From Takakia lepidozioides (lineage: Eukaryota > Plantae > Bryophyta): a stretch of DNA of 64,000 nt. Position 1 is the first letter of the stretch, and the number at the start of each line of letters is the position of its first letter. Shown one piece after another: positions 25,001 through 39,049 of this stretch. The notes under the pieces were generated by a model. That model made no database searches and was not told where the DNA came from. It was given only the letters and a program-made list of their open reading frames with translations. Both the position numbers and the translations under genes were made by a program. The DNA lies in assembly GCA_030704615.1 (NCBI GenBank), contig CM060733.1:58714001-58778000 (forward strand). The letters run 5' to 3'.

Positions 25001-28000
25001 GGACAGGATTGCAGCTGCTTACCGTCCAGCGTCGGGAGCAAAACCAATAGTCCAGTATGTGACTGCGATCCAAATTCCAGAGTCGATCAAAGATATGGGA
25101 AGCCGCAGCAGGTAAGCGGGTAGTGCAAAAGCCCAGGGTGGGTAGAAGAGTAAGTCCCGTTGCTTGTAGAAAACTGGAAGTCGAGCGATCGTAAGCGATA
25201 CTTCGGCAAAGCCGTTGAACATAATATTTATGAGACTAAAGAAGATAGCCCCCAAGTAGAGGATCCCGTCTGCCTCGTTATTTGGATGCAGTGTTGTCCG
25301 GAAAAACACTGACATGGCGATCAGTCCCACGACTGCAATCTGTCAAACAGGGAACACGTTGGTAAGGCTCTCATTTCTCATATGTCGATGTGAGCTAGAA
25401 TGGACGTCGGCTGATTATAGTGAAACAAGTACAATATCAAACACTGAAATTGAGCACACTCATGAGATTTGTAAGCTGAGGAAAAAAAGGTTTCGTGGGT
25501 TGTGATGCTGACATTAATTGTCTTAAAGATGTAGACGAAGCGGTTGCGATACATCAGCAGCTTCTCCCTCTGGAAACAAGCCCGGAAAAGCTCCCAGCTG
25601 CTGAGAGCGTACTTCTGGGTCACTAGTGCGGCTGGATGACTGCGAGTTTTGTCATAGGGGACTGTGAGGTCCTCATTGAGTCGCTCACCCACATGGAATT
25701 TCGGAAAAGCTTCAGCGAAAGCCTTAACCGGAACAAAGTGGTAGGGCTCACTTTTGTCGTGCCAGTACTGTCTCTGATCCTTCTTTGAAGTCACCTGCAG
25801 GGCAAGGAAAGATCGTAGCCAGATCAGAAGTCATTTGATCTGTCTCAGTGCCGCACCCACTTCATTCCTCGAGTCTGAGCAAGAGATATCTGCTTGCTCG
25901 CAAATTTTCTTGTGGACAAGAAAGACTCTGCGCTTGTTGAACTGAATGTGGATGTTCAGCATTTTCAGAAGCTACAATGATGCTTTTAACACGAAACCGA
26001 TGGTAACTAGTTTTTGATTAATGTCACTGACATATGCACGTAAATGATCGACTAATTGGAATGATTCCAGAAGAAATTTTATGACTGGACGTGATCAAAC
26101 GCACCTCCTGCAAAAAATCAGCAACCCCCTTCCGCTCTGGGCATTTGAAGCCCATGGTTGCAAAGAAGTCGAGCACAAGGTCACGGGGACCTTGGTAAAT
26201 AATCTGGCCTTCTGCGAGTAATATAACATCATCAAAGAGTTCATACGTCTCTGGAGCTGGCTGAAGCAGAGACACAAGCATAGTGTCATCCATGACATGC
26301 ACAGACTGCCGCAAACACTTCACAATCTGCCAAGTTGTAGAACTGTCGAGTCCAGTTGAGATCTCGTCCATGAAGAGAGCTTTAGCAGGCCCAACTAACA
26401 TTTCTCCTGAGAGGAGACACGTAAATCCCAGGCAACACACCAACAAAAAATATGAGATTTTGTCACCACACTTACGAATTTGGAATGTTGTTACAACGTG
26501 TGAGATACTGAAGACCGGTTTCACTATCAATTGATCTACGCTTAGCGATCATACGGTGCTAAGAATTATAACATTTCTGAAAGAAATTTATCATACATGC
26601 CCACGATTGGGCTTCGGATGGGAAGCAAGCAGCTGGTGGAGAGCCCGGGTCTTCAAGAATGGTTATAAATTGGCGGCCAAACAATGTCGGATTGGCTGAT
26701 CTCCCAAAACAAGCAGAGGAAAACAGACAGACAATCCAATTGCTTCAAACATGTCTATAAGCTAGTTCAACAAATGAATCCGTGTTTCATGGAATATCTC
26801 ATGTAATTAAAAGTTTGCTCTGCTCTGAGCTCTCTCTTGCAACTTCCAACAAGGGGATTTTTTGAACCTTCGTGCACATCGATTCAAGCTTCCAAATGTT
26901 CGTGATTATAACAATCAGAATCTAGATACATCAATTGAGAACAGCAGATGCTTCCACACATAAGATACCAGTTGTGCAGTTTACAGTTACGAGCCTTCAG
27001 GTGAGAATCTGCAACTCACCGGTGGTGACACGCTTTTTCTGACCCCCTGATATACCTCGTCTCATCTGATCTCCCACCATTGTGTTTGCGCAATTGTCCA
27101 GTCCTAGAAGCTACGGCCCACCCACCAAGAAATCACTCATTAGTCTTGCACAGGCTACACTAAATTCATGAAACGAATCCTCTTGAATCCTCTTGTTGCA
27201 ACGATTGGATTATCTTATGATAGAGTCTCACTCCCTTCAGCAAGTAGCAGCCTGCACAAGTGGATGTCCAGTATGAAGACAATCTACAAAAATGGTGATA
27301 ATGTGCCTTTGAACAAGGATCCTGCAAACTGTCCATACTTAACAAACCTTCATTGTGTAGTCTGTCATGATACTTGTGTCTTGGCCTTGTACTGCCATGG
27401 CCTGTACACAGACACTTCACATTCAGTCTTACTACTAGCTGATCATATAGACATATTCCACACAGTTTCAGACAACTAGAAAACGCAGTTCTAGTTTTCT
27501 CTCCACAAGCCTTCTGGACAGATATGAAGCACAAATTATCAGTTCTAATGTTCAAGACATGATCATGAGATTGTAGTTGTTTAGTACGTGATATACTTCT
27601 GGTGGGGGACAAACACTGCACCCCAAACTTCAGGTGGCATCCAGCACACTGCTGAGGTTTCGAACCCACAACCAGTAGTGGAGTGGTATAGTGCTCTAAC
27701 TACTTGGCTCTCTATAGAATGTCAAACTTGGACACAAGTATATATTCTTAAACTTGGCACAAATTCATCTACCTGCAATGTTGTTGCATTGAATAACAAA
27801 AGACGGATGTCCAGCAATGAAAGACAAGAATACTAAAGAGGGACGTCTCTGCACAGTGCACAGATGAGCTTCACCTTCAGAAGCACATCAACTTCTGCAT
27901 CATCAGGTTGAAGTCCTGCTTCCTTCTCTCTCCTTGCAAGCTCCACCAACATATCTGTGATTCAAATAAACATTTAATGTTCAGACTTCCAACGTAACTC

Positions 28001-30602
28001 TCAGATAATTGTATCTCAAATCCCAACGCTATGCAGTTCAGCTTGGATTAAGAAAGAGAATCTTAACTTTGCAGCCCATTTGAAGATTGTTTCACCTGAT
28101 ATTAATAGATATGTATAGAGACGTTGTTACACTCTATAGCACTCACCAAATTTGGTGCCGACACCTTGACAACGCCCATAGAAATCTATTGTCTCCCTAA
28201 CAGTGAGTTCCGCCATCTGCAGGTCGCGTTGACTGACGTAAACAGACGTTCTTTCCGGGACAAACTCATGTAGTTCATGTCCATTGTAGGTGACCCTCCC
28301 GGTAACCTGCATCAAATGTTCAAAGTATAAACTTAAATACAAATTCTTCGTTCAGCACTTCGCTTCGCTGCTCTCCCCAACTTCAAATTCGTATTAATCT
28401 AGAGCTGATCCTTTCAAGAGAATATAATGTGCTTGCAACCAAGTTGTTGTGAGAAGAGACAAGAATGGCTAATTTTCTGAGCTGCGTTTCAACGAGGTGT
28501 AGTGCAAATACAATGATCCTTTCCGATGGATTAGAGTTTTCTTAGTTGAACAAGGGAAAGTATTTAGAAGGATTCAAGCTCTTTTAGGAAGTGCGCTTTA
28601 TCCTCCTGAGCATTCAATCCAAAGTGGCAGACCTATGTAAACCCAGCTGTTTCCTTCCACGGAGATCATCTACTTCAGTGTATAAGGCGACATATGCCGA
28701 GCCTACTGGAAGAACTGTCTTCCGGGGCAATGGAAAGAATGTTCAGGGTCCTGCTTACCTTCAAACTCTGGTCCAATTTTCCTGACAGAGTTAACAACAA
28801 CGTTGTTTTTCCTGCGCCTGGTGGACCTAGTAGTAAGGTCATCCTGTCAAACAATCATCAGTGATTTGAATCTGAAGTCAGTAGTTGGTGTGCAGATGAT
28901 TACTTAATCAATCCACAGTTATGGGGTTGAGAAGCAATCTGGTCCAGATGGACCGATGTATAGACATCCAGTGTTTCCATGGCCATGTAAACTACGCCAA
29001 TTGATCGGATGCAGGAGAACAGCGATTCCCCATAGACCAAATTATGTTACAATTTCATAAATTTGGGTAAGTTCTAGATACGAGTTCATATATTGAATTT
29101 ACGTTATAATATGGATCCGTGCACGGACCTTAAGTTTCGAGAGAGAAACGAACCTTCCAGGTTTGATGACTCCACTAACATCGTGCAGTATCGTGAGGGG
29201 TGTCTTCTTGGATGGCGAGAGATGGACTTTACTCAAAATAGTCTGCAGTTAAAGATATCCAGCTTAGTGACAAGCAAATGGACAGGAAGGAAAATATTGT
29301 ACATACATACATTTCAATACAACACCACACAAGTTTGTGCATCAAGAATATCCTCCAAGCTGCTACTTGCAACAACTGCATAGTTCTCATCTGTCTGGAC
29401 AAGGTTGTAGATCTATAGTGTGCCCGTCAAAAAGAATCTTCAGAACATTGCATACCCACTTCGATCCGGGGCAGTCTAAACCTACCGGCCTCCAGACATG
29501 CAAAGATTTTGATCCAGCTAGCAGAAGCCTTGGTTATGAGGACCCGAAGTGCTAAGCGGCTTACCTATATGACGGACATCGTCTCCGTGCAACAAATCAG
29601 AATTACATATATATATGTAATTAGGTTTCAGGGGTTCCACTGCACATGCCCAGTAGAGGTAATGAAGTTCTGGACATTAAATTGTTTCCTGATCTACAGC
29701 TCAGTACTCATTAACAGCAGGCTGATAAAAGTGCAGAATAATTCAAACCTCAAGCAGTGCTAACAAGAAGTTGGGAAGGGTCGGCAAAGCTCTGCCTCCA
29801 ACGTAGACACCAGCTTGGATATTCAAATGCTCAAATCGTACCTCAGTTTTCGGCAGCTCTATCCCAACTCTGCAATTTGGGGAATGTGTGATCAACTCGA
29901 ATTCTCTAGATCTATCAGTCCTTGGGAAGAGAAATTCAAAAGACGAACTTGTGAAATATACAAATAATATTACAGACTTCCTCAATTCGACGAAGTCATT
30001 CTTCAATACCGTGTGCGCATCAGGTGCGCATCAAATTTTCCAGATTGAGTTTTACTGACATAACTGGTCCCGAAATGCTCATGACATTGATCTTTGTAAA
30101 CTGTCATGCTACTGTGCAATGATTATGCTTGATATATACACATGTATGTAGTGTGCGAGATTTCCCTCTACATAGCAGTGAGGACTACGCAACGGCCCTA
30201 ACTAGTAACATGTACAAGGAAGGAGAGACACGAGCACCTGTCTAATCTTTCCCGATATTTGAGTAAGAAGCGCTCGTTATCCTCGTACGGGACTTCCAAG
30301 ATCTTCTCAATTATTCGCTGGCGATCTTGAGAGCTTAGATTTTTGACATCGACTTCTTCAAGACTTGTTTCTCCATTCGGCGTGATGTTCCTGATAATTG
30401 CTGTGCGTATGCGATCGTAAGTTGGGAGCTTCTCGAGGGCTGCGCATCTTAAGGCCTCTTCGTCATCTTGCTCTTCTTGGTCTACCGATGACTGAGAGAA
30501 TGCTGTCTCTCTTTGTTGCAATACCCCGGAGTGTCTAATTCCAGAGCTTCCAGAGCGTTTACTGCCCAATATTTCCGACTCTAGGACTGGGGTCGATGCC
30601 AT
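19036..30602 (-). CDS. PDR: Full-size ABCG (pleiotropic drug resistance, PDR) ABC transporter, ~23 exons, apparently intact
   Basis: ATG (MASTPV) at 30602 and PDR N-terminal motif [22 protein letters not shown]1: GPPGAGKT (~28800-28830), [11 protein letters not shown] (~27025-27060), [14 protein letters not shown]2: [30 protein letters not shown]-terminus FSFQRR* at 19036. GT-AG exons approx: 30602-30238, 29869-29749, 29242-29154, 28843-28759, 28307-28147, 27954-27875, 27401-27348, 27110-27020, 26407-26105, 25794-25513, 25339-25023, 24777-24614, 24491-24388, 24176-24011, 23536-23380, 22946-22754, 22590-22259, 22014-21724, 21528-21311, 21119-20891, 20298-20126, 19694-19440, 19308-19036. Confidence 0.95.
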
Positions 30603-33600
30603 ATTTAAACCTTCCTTCAAGAAAATAAATTTTCCTGTCTCAGCCTAGATCTCACTCAGGTACATGATGAGTTCATTGCACCAGTGGCACCTCTTCTGTC
30701 AAAGCCTTGTTCAAAAGGGCTTTGAGAGTGAAATGAAATGTAAGAGGAATCTTTAGTAGCTGGTGCTGATGACCAACTCTAAGCACTGTCTGACTTAGTG
30801 GGCAAAGCGTCTGTCCATAATGTGCTGTGCACCGGACAGTGAGATTTCCCCTGCGATGGTGAAGGAACTCACTGTACATTGATCACAAGATGGTACTTGA
30901 ATACCTTCCAGGCACTAGGCTCTGGACTCTGGACCTGCTCCAGAGGCATAATTTCTCCATGAGCCATCTTGCCAGCTGACCGTCTAAGTTTGGCAGCTAC
31001 CCAGAAACAGAGCCTTCACAGTCCGGATGATACCTGTAGCCAACAGGTCTTTGAATCCAATCACAAGATTGCGCTTGAGCTTCGAATAACGGAGAGAAAA
31101 GGGAGAGAAAGAGAGAGCTGCCAGCTGGCCTACAGGTGCATAACTTCCTCCTTGGTCTTGACAAATTCCAGTAGCTCGTTCTCAGGTGCTTGAGCTGGTA
31201 GACGATATGAGAGAAGGTCTAATTAAGATAAGACAATGAAGGTGCGCATCTTTGTTCAAAAGTGATGAACTCCAAACTAACCGGAAAACATTGTCTAAGT
31301 GTGTGTGTGTGAGAGAGAGGGTGGGTCACTTCATATACATGTACATCATCCAATTGGGACCAGGACATGTCCACTCTGAGAGAGCGTCTGACATGAAACT
31401 CTCATCTTTAATACTCGAAAACCCAATGGAACCCAAATTGTTCGGGGCCTCCAATTCTCGAGGAATTGACTGCTAGAATTTGTATCCGGTCGACGTAAGC
31501 TCCAAATACCGTACAAGTTTCTAGAACCTGCAATGTCATGGGCCTGCTCAAGATACAATAATGGGTATGAATCACAGTTGAATAATACGTCCTAGGAACG
31601 CAGATAGAGCTGATAAGATCTACACTTAGACCTGAGCTGGAAAGACACTTTAGAGCACAACAAGGAGGGAGAGGAGAACCAAGTAGGGACCAAGTTTGGT
31701 TAGAATGGCACAGAAGCCTCCATGTCGTTCGAAAAGGTGATGCCCTAGGTACAGGTGCACTTTTCAAGCGCGGACACAGGAGGTAGCCGGGGTTTACAGT
31801 TGCCACAGACACCCACGTCGTAAATCGCATTTCCGAGGTCCAATCTACACGGCACTCTCAAGGCAACGCCAACACACGTCACAAAGAGGATCCGAAGCAC
31901 TTTCTAAAGCAACACAAAAGCCACGCTTCCGTTGCAAGGGGACACACTGCTCAAAACTTTTCTGGATCACATGTACGATGAAATGCATGACGAGTGCGTA
32001 GTAGGTGGGGCCTGCCGAGTCTCCCATTTGGAACATGCAAACGCTACACGACAATTGTGGAATGGTACAAGGCTCAATGGAAACGTCACCGTCACCTTTG
32101 GTTTGAGCCAACAGGGGATTGAATTAAACGCCAGAGACCCACTAGTCGGAACAAGCTCCCAGCCACTCAGTAGACTCGTTGTGGAACTCAATGGCGAGAG
32201 AGACGCTGGAAACGGACTTGCAGAAATTCAAGATAATGGGGCAGTATGTAGCTAGCAGTGTCGATGGCGTCTGTTTCTCAAAAAGTCCTCCTGGCCCTAC
32301 GTGGACCTTATTTTATTTTTTAAGGAAGAAATTCTACGGGATCCAAATGTCGGCCGAGAGTCCTGGTGGTTTTGACCTCTTTGTTCCTAGGGAAGAAAGT
32401 TGATTGACTGTGTGTTCAAAGGGAAGAAAGTTGTTTGACTGTTTGTCCATTTATGTCGAGAGGCAGAGCACTGAACAACACGACCATCAGTGCTGGGATT
32501 CCTTTCGTAAAAAAGCTTAAAAGTGTTATGATATATAAAGTCCACACTGAGAGTCCACATGAAAAAGGACAGCGCCGCTGCTTGTAATATATTGTTGTTG
32601 TTGTTTGGCCAGCAGCTCGGAAGAATGCATGGCCCCACCCAAGTGGATCGAGCTCACCGTGGCTTCGACCCTCCCTCTATGATTGCTGGGCCCACGCCTC
32701 CGTCGGGTAGACCCCACAAACACGAACACCCCCACACACACACACGCAGGCATGCACGAATAACGAGTTTTTGGGACTCACGCGAGTTCCATCGCAGGCT
32801 GATTCTTGTATGTTTTGGTCTTGGGGATTAGGTATCACCTTTTCTCTGTCTTACGTGATGGGCCCTACAAACTTGGTACCTGCCCAGGCTTTGCCAGCTT
32901 AAAAAAAGAGCATGCTTCCAGGAATGCCGGTAGTAGGCTACTATTCTGTTTGGGATCAGGGGGGATCATCCCTGCATAAAGCGTAAAGAGCACTCGCATC
33001 CCATTTCTATGACATGAGCTGTCCTTTCCTTTTCCGGCGGCCTCACCTGGGGAAGGGAGTGGAGTCTGGAGACTGGTTCAAAGCACTTGAATGGTCAAGC
33101 AGTATAGTAGGCCATACAGTCAGCCGTCGTGTTATGCATGAAGAGTATACAAAACATGACTTCTGGAGTCTACAGTCTATACACATATAACAACTAATAG
33201 CCCTAAAACATGAGGGCCGAGGCCAGAGTTTCAGAGCTGAGGCCTCTTGTGTGCCCAATGGATTATCTGAAAGGGGGTTAATTTTTCCCCCTCTCCTGAA
33301 TTGTGAGCAGTCGCTCCCAGGTTTCCATCAAGATTTCAGGAAAAAAAAAAGGAAATATTAGCATTCTCCAGGGCCTGACAACAGGTAGTATATCTAACCT
33401 TCTCCTTTGCTGTTTTTTGCATTGGACGGTTGGGGGAGTTTACCCATCGATCTGTGTTGGCCGCCGGTTGCCACGTCAGGATCCAGATCTGGTGTCTTTA
33501 GGAAGAGGGTAGTATATGTAGCCCGGTGTCTTACAGTCCGGTGTCTTCTCTAGCGGGTCTTGTCTGTACCCACAAATTTCTCACCATGCATCAACATTTA

Positions 33601-36600
33601 GTCTTGGAAGTTGAAGTTGAAGTTGGATGATGCAACTAAATGCAAGTCACTGCTGTGAGAGAGACATCATTAGTCTTGGAGCGAGTAACACTTCGACAGC
33701 TTCTTCGTGTTTGAACATTCATATTCCCCTGACATCCTCCAGCCTGCAAGCAACAGTCTGGACAGATTTGGACACAGTCATCCTTCCTAATCCGTTATGT
33801 TTCTTGTGCTGGAAGACAGATCACGTGCGTCAGTTGATATAATTTAAAATGTTCACGCAATTCCATATTTGGAACCTAGTTCGCATAGATCAGGAGGAGA
33901 CTTCAATATCTTCATTATGTTCCTGATCACCGTCAAATTTAACAGTATCGACCATCAACCCTAAGGGATTGATACCTAATTTGTGCTTGATCTACAGGAG
34001 TGGATTATCCATTAAGATTCACTACTGTAGATCTAAGTACATAAGAGAAAGGCTCTGGGTCAAAGAAGAATAGGGTGGGCCACTGCCACCATTACGCATG
34101 GTCTTCTCTCCTATACTGTATAAATCTCCGTTAACTTTTAGCGAGACTAGTGTATGGTTTCCTCGGTTTCAGCTTTGCATGCTGGGCCCACGATTCACTT
34201 GGGTCCCAACCTTCCGATTTCCACTTGATCTATGATGTGTACACACATGCAGGCTTCCAAAAGTGATCTAGTCGTTGACAAGCAAACGTCCATTCCTACT
34301 TTTGGCAGCGTGGGTCCGAAGTTCCTTTTGCAAGTCTTAAAAGCTCGTGGGAATCCCGTTGGTGTGCAAATAGTGTGCGAATACAAATCTTGAAGTTATT
34401 ATAAGGGAGAGAAACATCGACAACTTATAAGGTAGAGGCACCTGCACTTCTGCACTTATTAGATTGGCCAAGAAACCCCACTCACAGTGCACACCAGGTT
34501 CAATGTCTCCTATTCACCAAACGATTATAACTGGCTAACAAATGGCACGAACTTCGATGACATACTCTCAATACACGTGTCCCCAGAGTTACGTTTTACT
34601 AGTGTCCACCTCCCCTATTTACTGAGATCGAAGTGGCGAGCCTGTAACTCTAGGCCAGAGGATCCGACCCCTATTGATGCAATATTGCAAGGGCTTCCTA
34701 TATCATGTGGTCACGCTATAACATTAACTGTATACGCTCTGTGTACAACCTCCGTCCATGATTCATCAGAATAGCAATGTATAGGGCTGATCAACTCTTG
34801 ATAGGGTCGGGCATAGAGGCAAGAAAAGAGATCTCGACGCATTGTGAAGTCATGCTATCTAAGTCTATAAGTGGTCAAGCAATTGGATGGGTACAGAATA
34901 GGCCTACTGATATACATAAAAATCCGAAAGAAAATAATAGTCCTTATAGCCGACGATCCACATCTGCCTGTCTTTCCCAGATTGTAGACATGCGACGATC
35001 ATGACCCCCCTGCATCACAAAACATCTGCCCAGCACCCTGTCAGTCCAGTAAATGTAAGAACTCTCTCTCTCGACCTGTCTTCTCGTGACACGACCGTGT
35101 AGTCCGACGTCGGTGGCCAATTTGGAGCTAAAAGCAGCAGTACCCGCAGGTGCAGACGATTCTTACCATGATCTGGACCACCCTGCACAGTAACAGCCAA
35201 CACTTGTACATAACCAGATTGCTGTTAGAGCATCTCGCAATTCTCAAGCTGAGCTCCTATGTTCTTGTCAGTAGACCCCACAGGCTCATGGAGGGTTGAT
35301 ATACCACAGAAGAAATTCCCTCATTATCACGTCATGACCAAGACTCCCAGGGAATGGTGAATGCACCAAGCACCTATGCATATAAATTTATTGAATGAAA
35401 CCAGACACTCACACCACATGCAAGAGAAATGTTCACCGTTGCACCAGTGTAACTCCCCACAAGAACACATATATCGTCGGAGTAGTGAAAGCTGTTCCCA
35501 TGCAACAACTGTTTGCCTAATGTTACTCTTTGGATCAACTTGGTGGCTGCGTGTCAGTCCCCACACAGGTCCTTGAGAGGCGTCCCAGCGGGCAGTCCAA
35601 AAGCAGGTCAGCTCTCACTGTGGTGGCAAACAGGAAAGATCGAGCCCTCCCTGCAGCCACCTCCCTTGTAAGCACCAGGAAAATTACCCCTTGGCGACTT
35701 ATTTTCAGATTTATCCATTACAGATACCTGATGTAAGCAATAAGTTTTTCAACATATACATCCCCACTAGTTCTTCCTTTTGTTGGTTACAGAGTAGTAT
35801 ATCCCCTGGAGCTTGAAGCACATGACCGGTTGGTTGATTCTCCTTCCACTCACTCACACACTCTGCCCGGCACTCCATGGGTTAGATCAGAGTTCCAGAC
35901 TTGCGGGTTTTGCCAAAGTGATCCATGCTGCTGCCATAAACCATTTAGATAGTATGACCACTCTTATAATAGCTATTCTGGATCCCTGTTTCAGCTTCCC
36001 ACAGACATGCTTCCTATTTTCTCTGATCATGCATCATCGCATAAACCAACCCAACTCGAATATCATGACCATGACACGTGAGAACTCACATAACCCAACA
36101 TGAGTTTGCTTTACTGATCGCCTCATAGCCTAGAACTCTCACACCTTGCTAGCCAAATTAAGTAAAACCCCCACTTGGCCGCCTACTGTTGCAATCTCTG
36201 CCATTGCACAGCAACCCTTGACCAAGCCCCAATGCACTTGCTGTACAGATACTAAATATAAATCCAGTTGCAGTAACATTAAAACGAAAGCAAACAATCT
36301 TGAACAGTTGGGTCTTATCCCCGGGCTCTCCTTTCTTTGTTAACTGACAAACGAACATTGTAACATATGCCCATGCAATTAACTGCGCCTGCCTTCCCAA
36401 CTCCAGGACGCCAGCGATCGTCGTCCATGAGGGATGAGACGACACACCAATGAACGGTTCTATTCCATCCCATCTGACCGACATGTCACCTTTCTGATGT
36501 CGCCACATTGTTGTCATCCACAACCACACTGTGTGATGGAGTCATTCGAGAAACCGCATCGTTGTTTGAATTCCTTCACAGTCCCATGATCTTTACGCAT

Positions 36601-37509
36601 TTTAAGTTTTCCTTACATCTCATCATCTTCTATAACTCAGTATAGAAGCTGTACAGTTCAACAGAGTTGGTCCTCTGTACAGCTTGCAGGATCCTTCTTG
36701 CAGACAACCAATGATAAGCCCCAAGGGTCGGAAGAGGCTGCAAAAATTATCCAGCTACACGCGTAGTGCATAATAAACCCCATTAGTTAAACAGTATAAG
36801 CAGATATCATTCTCTCAATTTCAGGGTTCACATTTAAGTTTTCTGGCATACAGGACTGTCGTTCAAGGTGCTTAAAGTAATTTCCTTCTCGAAAACCTAC
36901 AGGAGAGCAGCCAAACACAAATTGCATTTTTGAGTGCAAGAGATGATGTCAGTAGGTTCCACACGGAGACATACTGCAGGGGAGTGAAAGTGCCTTTCAA
37001 TACCTGCCACCCCTCTGCTTTAATTGAGAATAAAAAGAGGGGTCTTAATATCTATGGCAGTAAATACTGTGGAAAGAAGCACTGCCCCACCAATTTGCCA
37101 AGAACCCTGTAAGTGCAATACGATCGCCTGAGTTCAAAAGCTAGATAGGACTGCTAGTCTAGTGAGCATCCCGCTAGGTACTAGCCCTGTCTCTCTTATC
37201 ATCCTTCCTCAAAGCCCTCCTTTCTGCACTCTCCCCACACACCACAAAGACTGTATATCCCTATGATCACCTGCATCCCAACCATCACACACATCCTTTG
37301 ACACGGTCGCACCTGACCAAGGACTTACTGGGAAAGCAGCAGAGGGCCCCCATCCCCTGACACTCTTGTAAAACTGGACAAGAGGAAATTTCCTACCTGT
37401 CTTTCACAAGCACACCTGGCTATTCTTGTGATACCAGTAAATCACAGACAACTATTTAAAAAATTTGCAACCCTGCTGTATCTTTCCAACAGATGCAGCA
37501 TCCATCATA

Positions 37510-38500
37510 TACCTGGTGAGCCGCTAGAGTGATAGCTCCCAAGGATGTTCCCAAATATGCCATCAGCATGTAGGACATTACCTGCATTTGAATCAAGTGC
37601 CATGCTTAGCACCTGGTCGAGATTTGGACAAAGATCTACATATCTCTACTAGATAGCAAAGAAAAAAAGTTTATAACGTCCACCAAAAAGTCAACATAGA
37701 CACATCATCCTGAAGACAAGGACAAAACACATGACATGTTACCCCCTCCGTTGCTAGGCAAGATAAATAGTAGAGATTTGTGGCAAACATAATTAATATC
37801 AGGCATTTGAGGAGGAATGTGTACCTTTGACATATTGGTTGGAAGTACAGGAACAGCCAGCTGCGCTACGTGTGTAAGCTCCGTCCAGGAAGGTGCAGCA
37901 ATAGCTAATGCATTGTAGCCTTTCCCATTCAATGACTCCAGCATCAAGAATCCTGCCACATACAGTGAGATAGTCTTACCACAATCAGAAGCGGCCAGCA
38001 GCTGGTCCAATGTAGCAAACAACAGGAAGACTGTTTAAGCCAGCTCTTGCTCTTCGTCAGCCGCTCACCAACAAAGCATCTCCATCACCATATTAGCAAA
38101 GGCATCTGGATGCATGGGCCATAAGCCCCAGGTTTCAGACAAAATACTGGGCACTTCCTAACAATTGTCCATATTTTAGGGGGAAATGCTTCCCTCCAAG
38201 AACCTCCCTTTTCAAGTCGATAAGGTCACAGTACCCCATGGTGTGGAACATTGGCAGTGACCCTGATGGCCCACCAGCCGTGCCTGGACCATGGACTATC
38301 AGGATGCTTAGAATCTGACGCTATACATCTTTCCTTGTCAAGGAAATCAGTATGAGTATCCCATGCAGCACCAGCAATACCATATCCAAGAAAGGTGCAT
38401 AGCAAAATGTCTCCAGAGAAGTTTACAAGGCTTGAAATAGGTAACACCTTCAGGGGACCCCATGAATCCTGCATTCCAAGGCTGGCCATACAAAGCAATC
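37510..38500 (-). pseudogene. MATE/DTX efflux transporter fragments (EDS5/DTX46-like)
   Basis: [14 protein letters not shown]...[18 protein letters not shown] (38365-38490); MLESLNGKGYNALAIAAPS...LAVPVLPTNMSKV (37820-37950); LGAITLAAHQV (~37510-37545). Remaining exons are not found or are disrupted. Confidence 0.75.
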
Positions 38501-39049
38501 AGCAGTGGTGTCTGATCCCTGTTGATTCTAATTTTTGCGATGGCTATGGCAAACAACATCTTCTGAGTACATTCTATTTTTGCAAAAGAGTGGCCAGGGA
38601 AATGACCAATTAGGGAAAATTCCAAATCTATGGAAGATTGTGTGGCGTGGGTGCAGTCTAGCTCATTTTGCAATAAAGAATTTGGCACAATTGACTTCTT
38701 TCAGTAAGAAAAAAAACCATTCAACACGACATTGCCTAGATCGACCTTATGAGTGGGAGGGAGAAAGAGCGAGAAAGACCAGCAGTGTTCCTTCCAAAGT
38801 GGAAGTAGGTGAGGTCATCATCTATCGGCAAAGACATGGCAATGTCACCATCCTCATCTGCAAAGATTAAACCGAGAAATGTTTTAGAAAAAAGAAAAAT
38901 TCGCCAATTTTGCTAGACCAATGGTCAGGAGACAAATAACTCCAGGCATACCAAATCAGAAAGGTATCACTGTCTGGATAAACTCTACTATGTACCACAT
39001 GGTTTCAAGCTCCAGCTAGTAAGCTCAATATGAAAGATATAACTATTGT

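Noticed and set aside
30673-33500. Short ORFs upstream of the PDR gene
   Set aside because: No homology is visible; probably promoter, 5' UTR or intron sequence.
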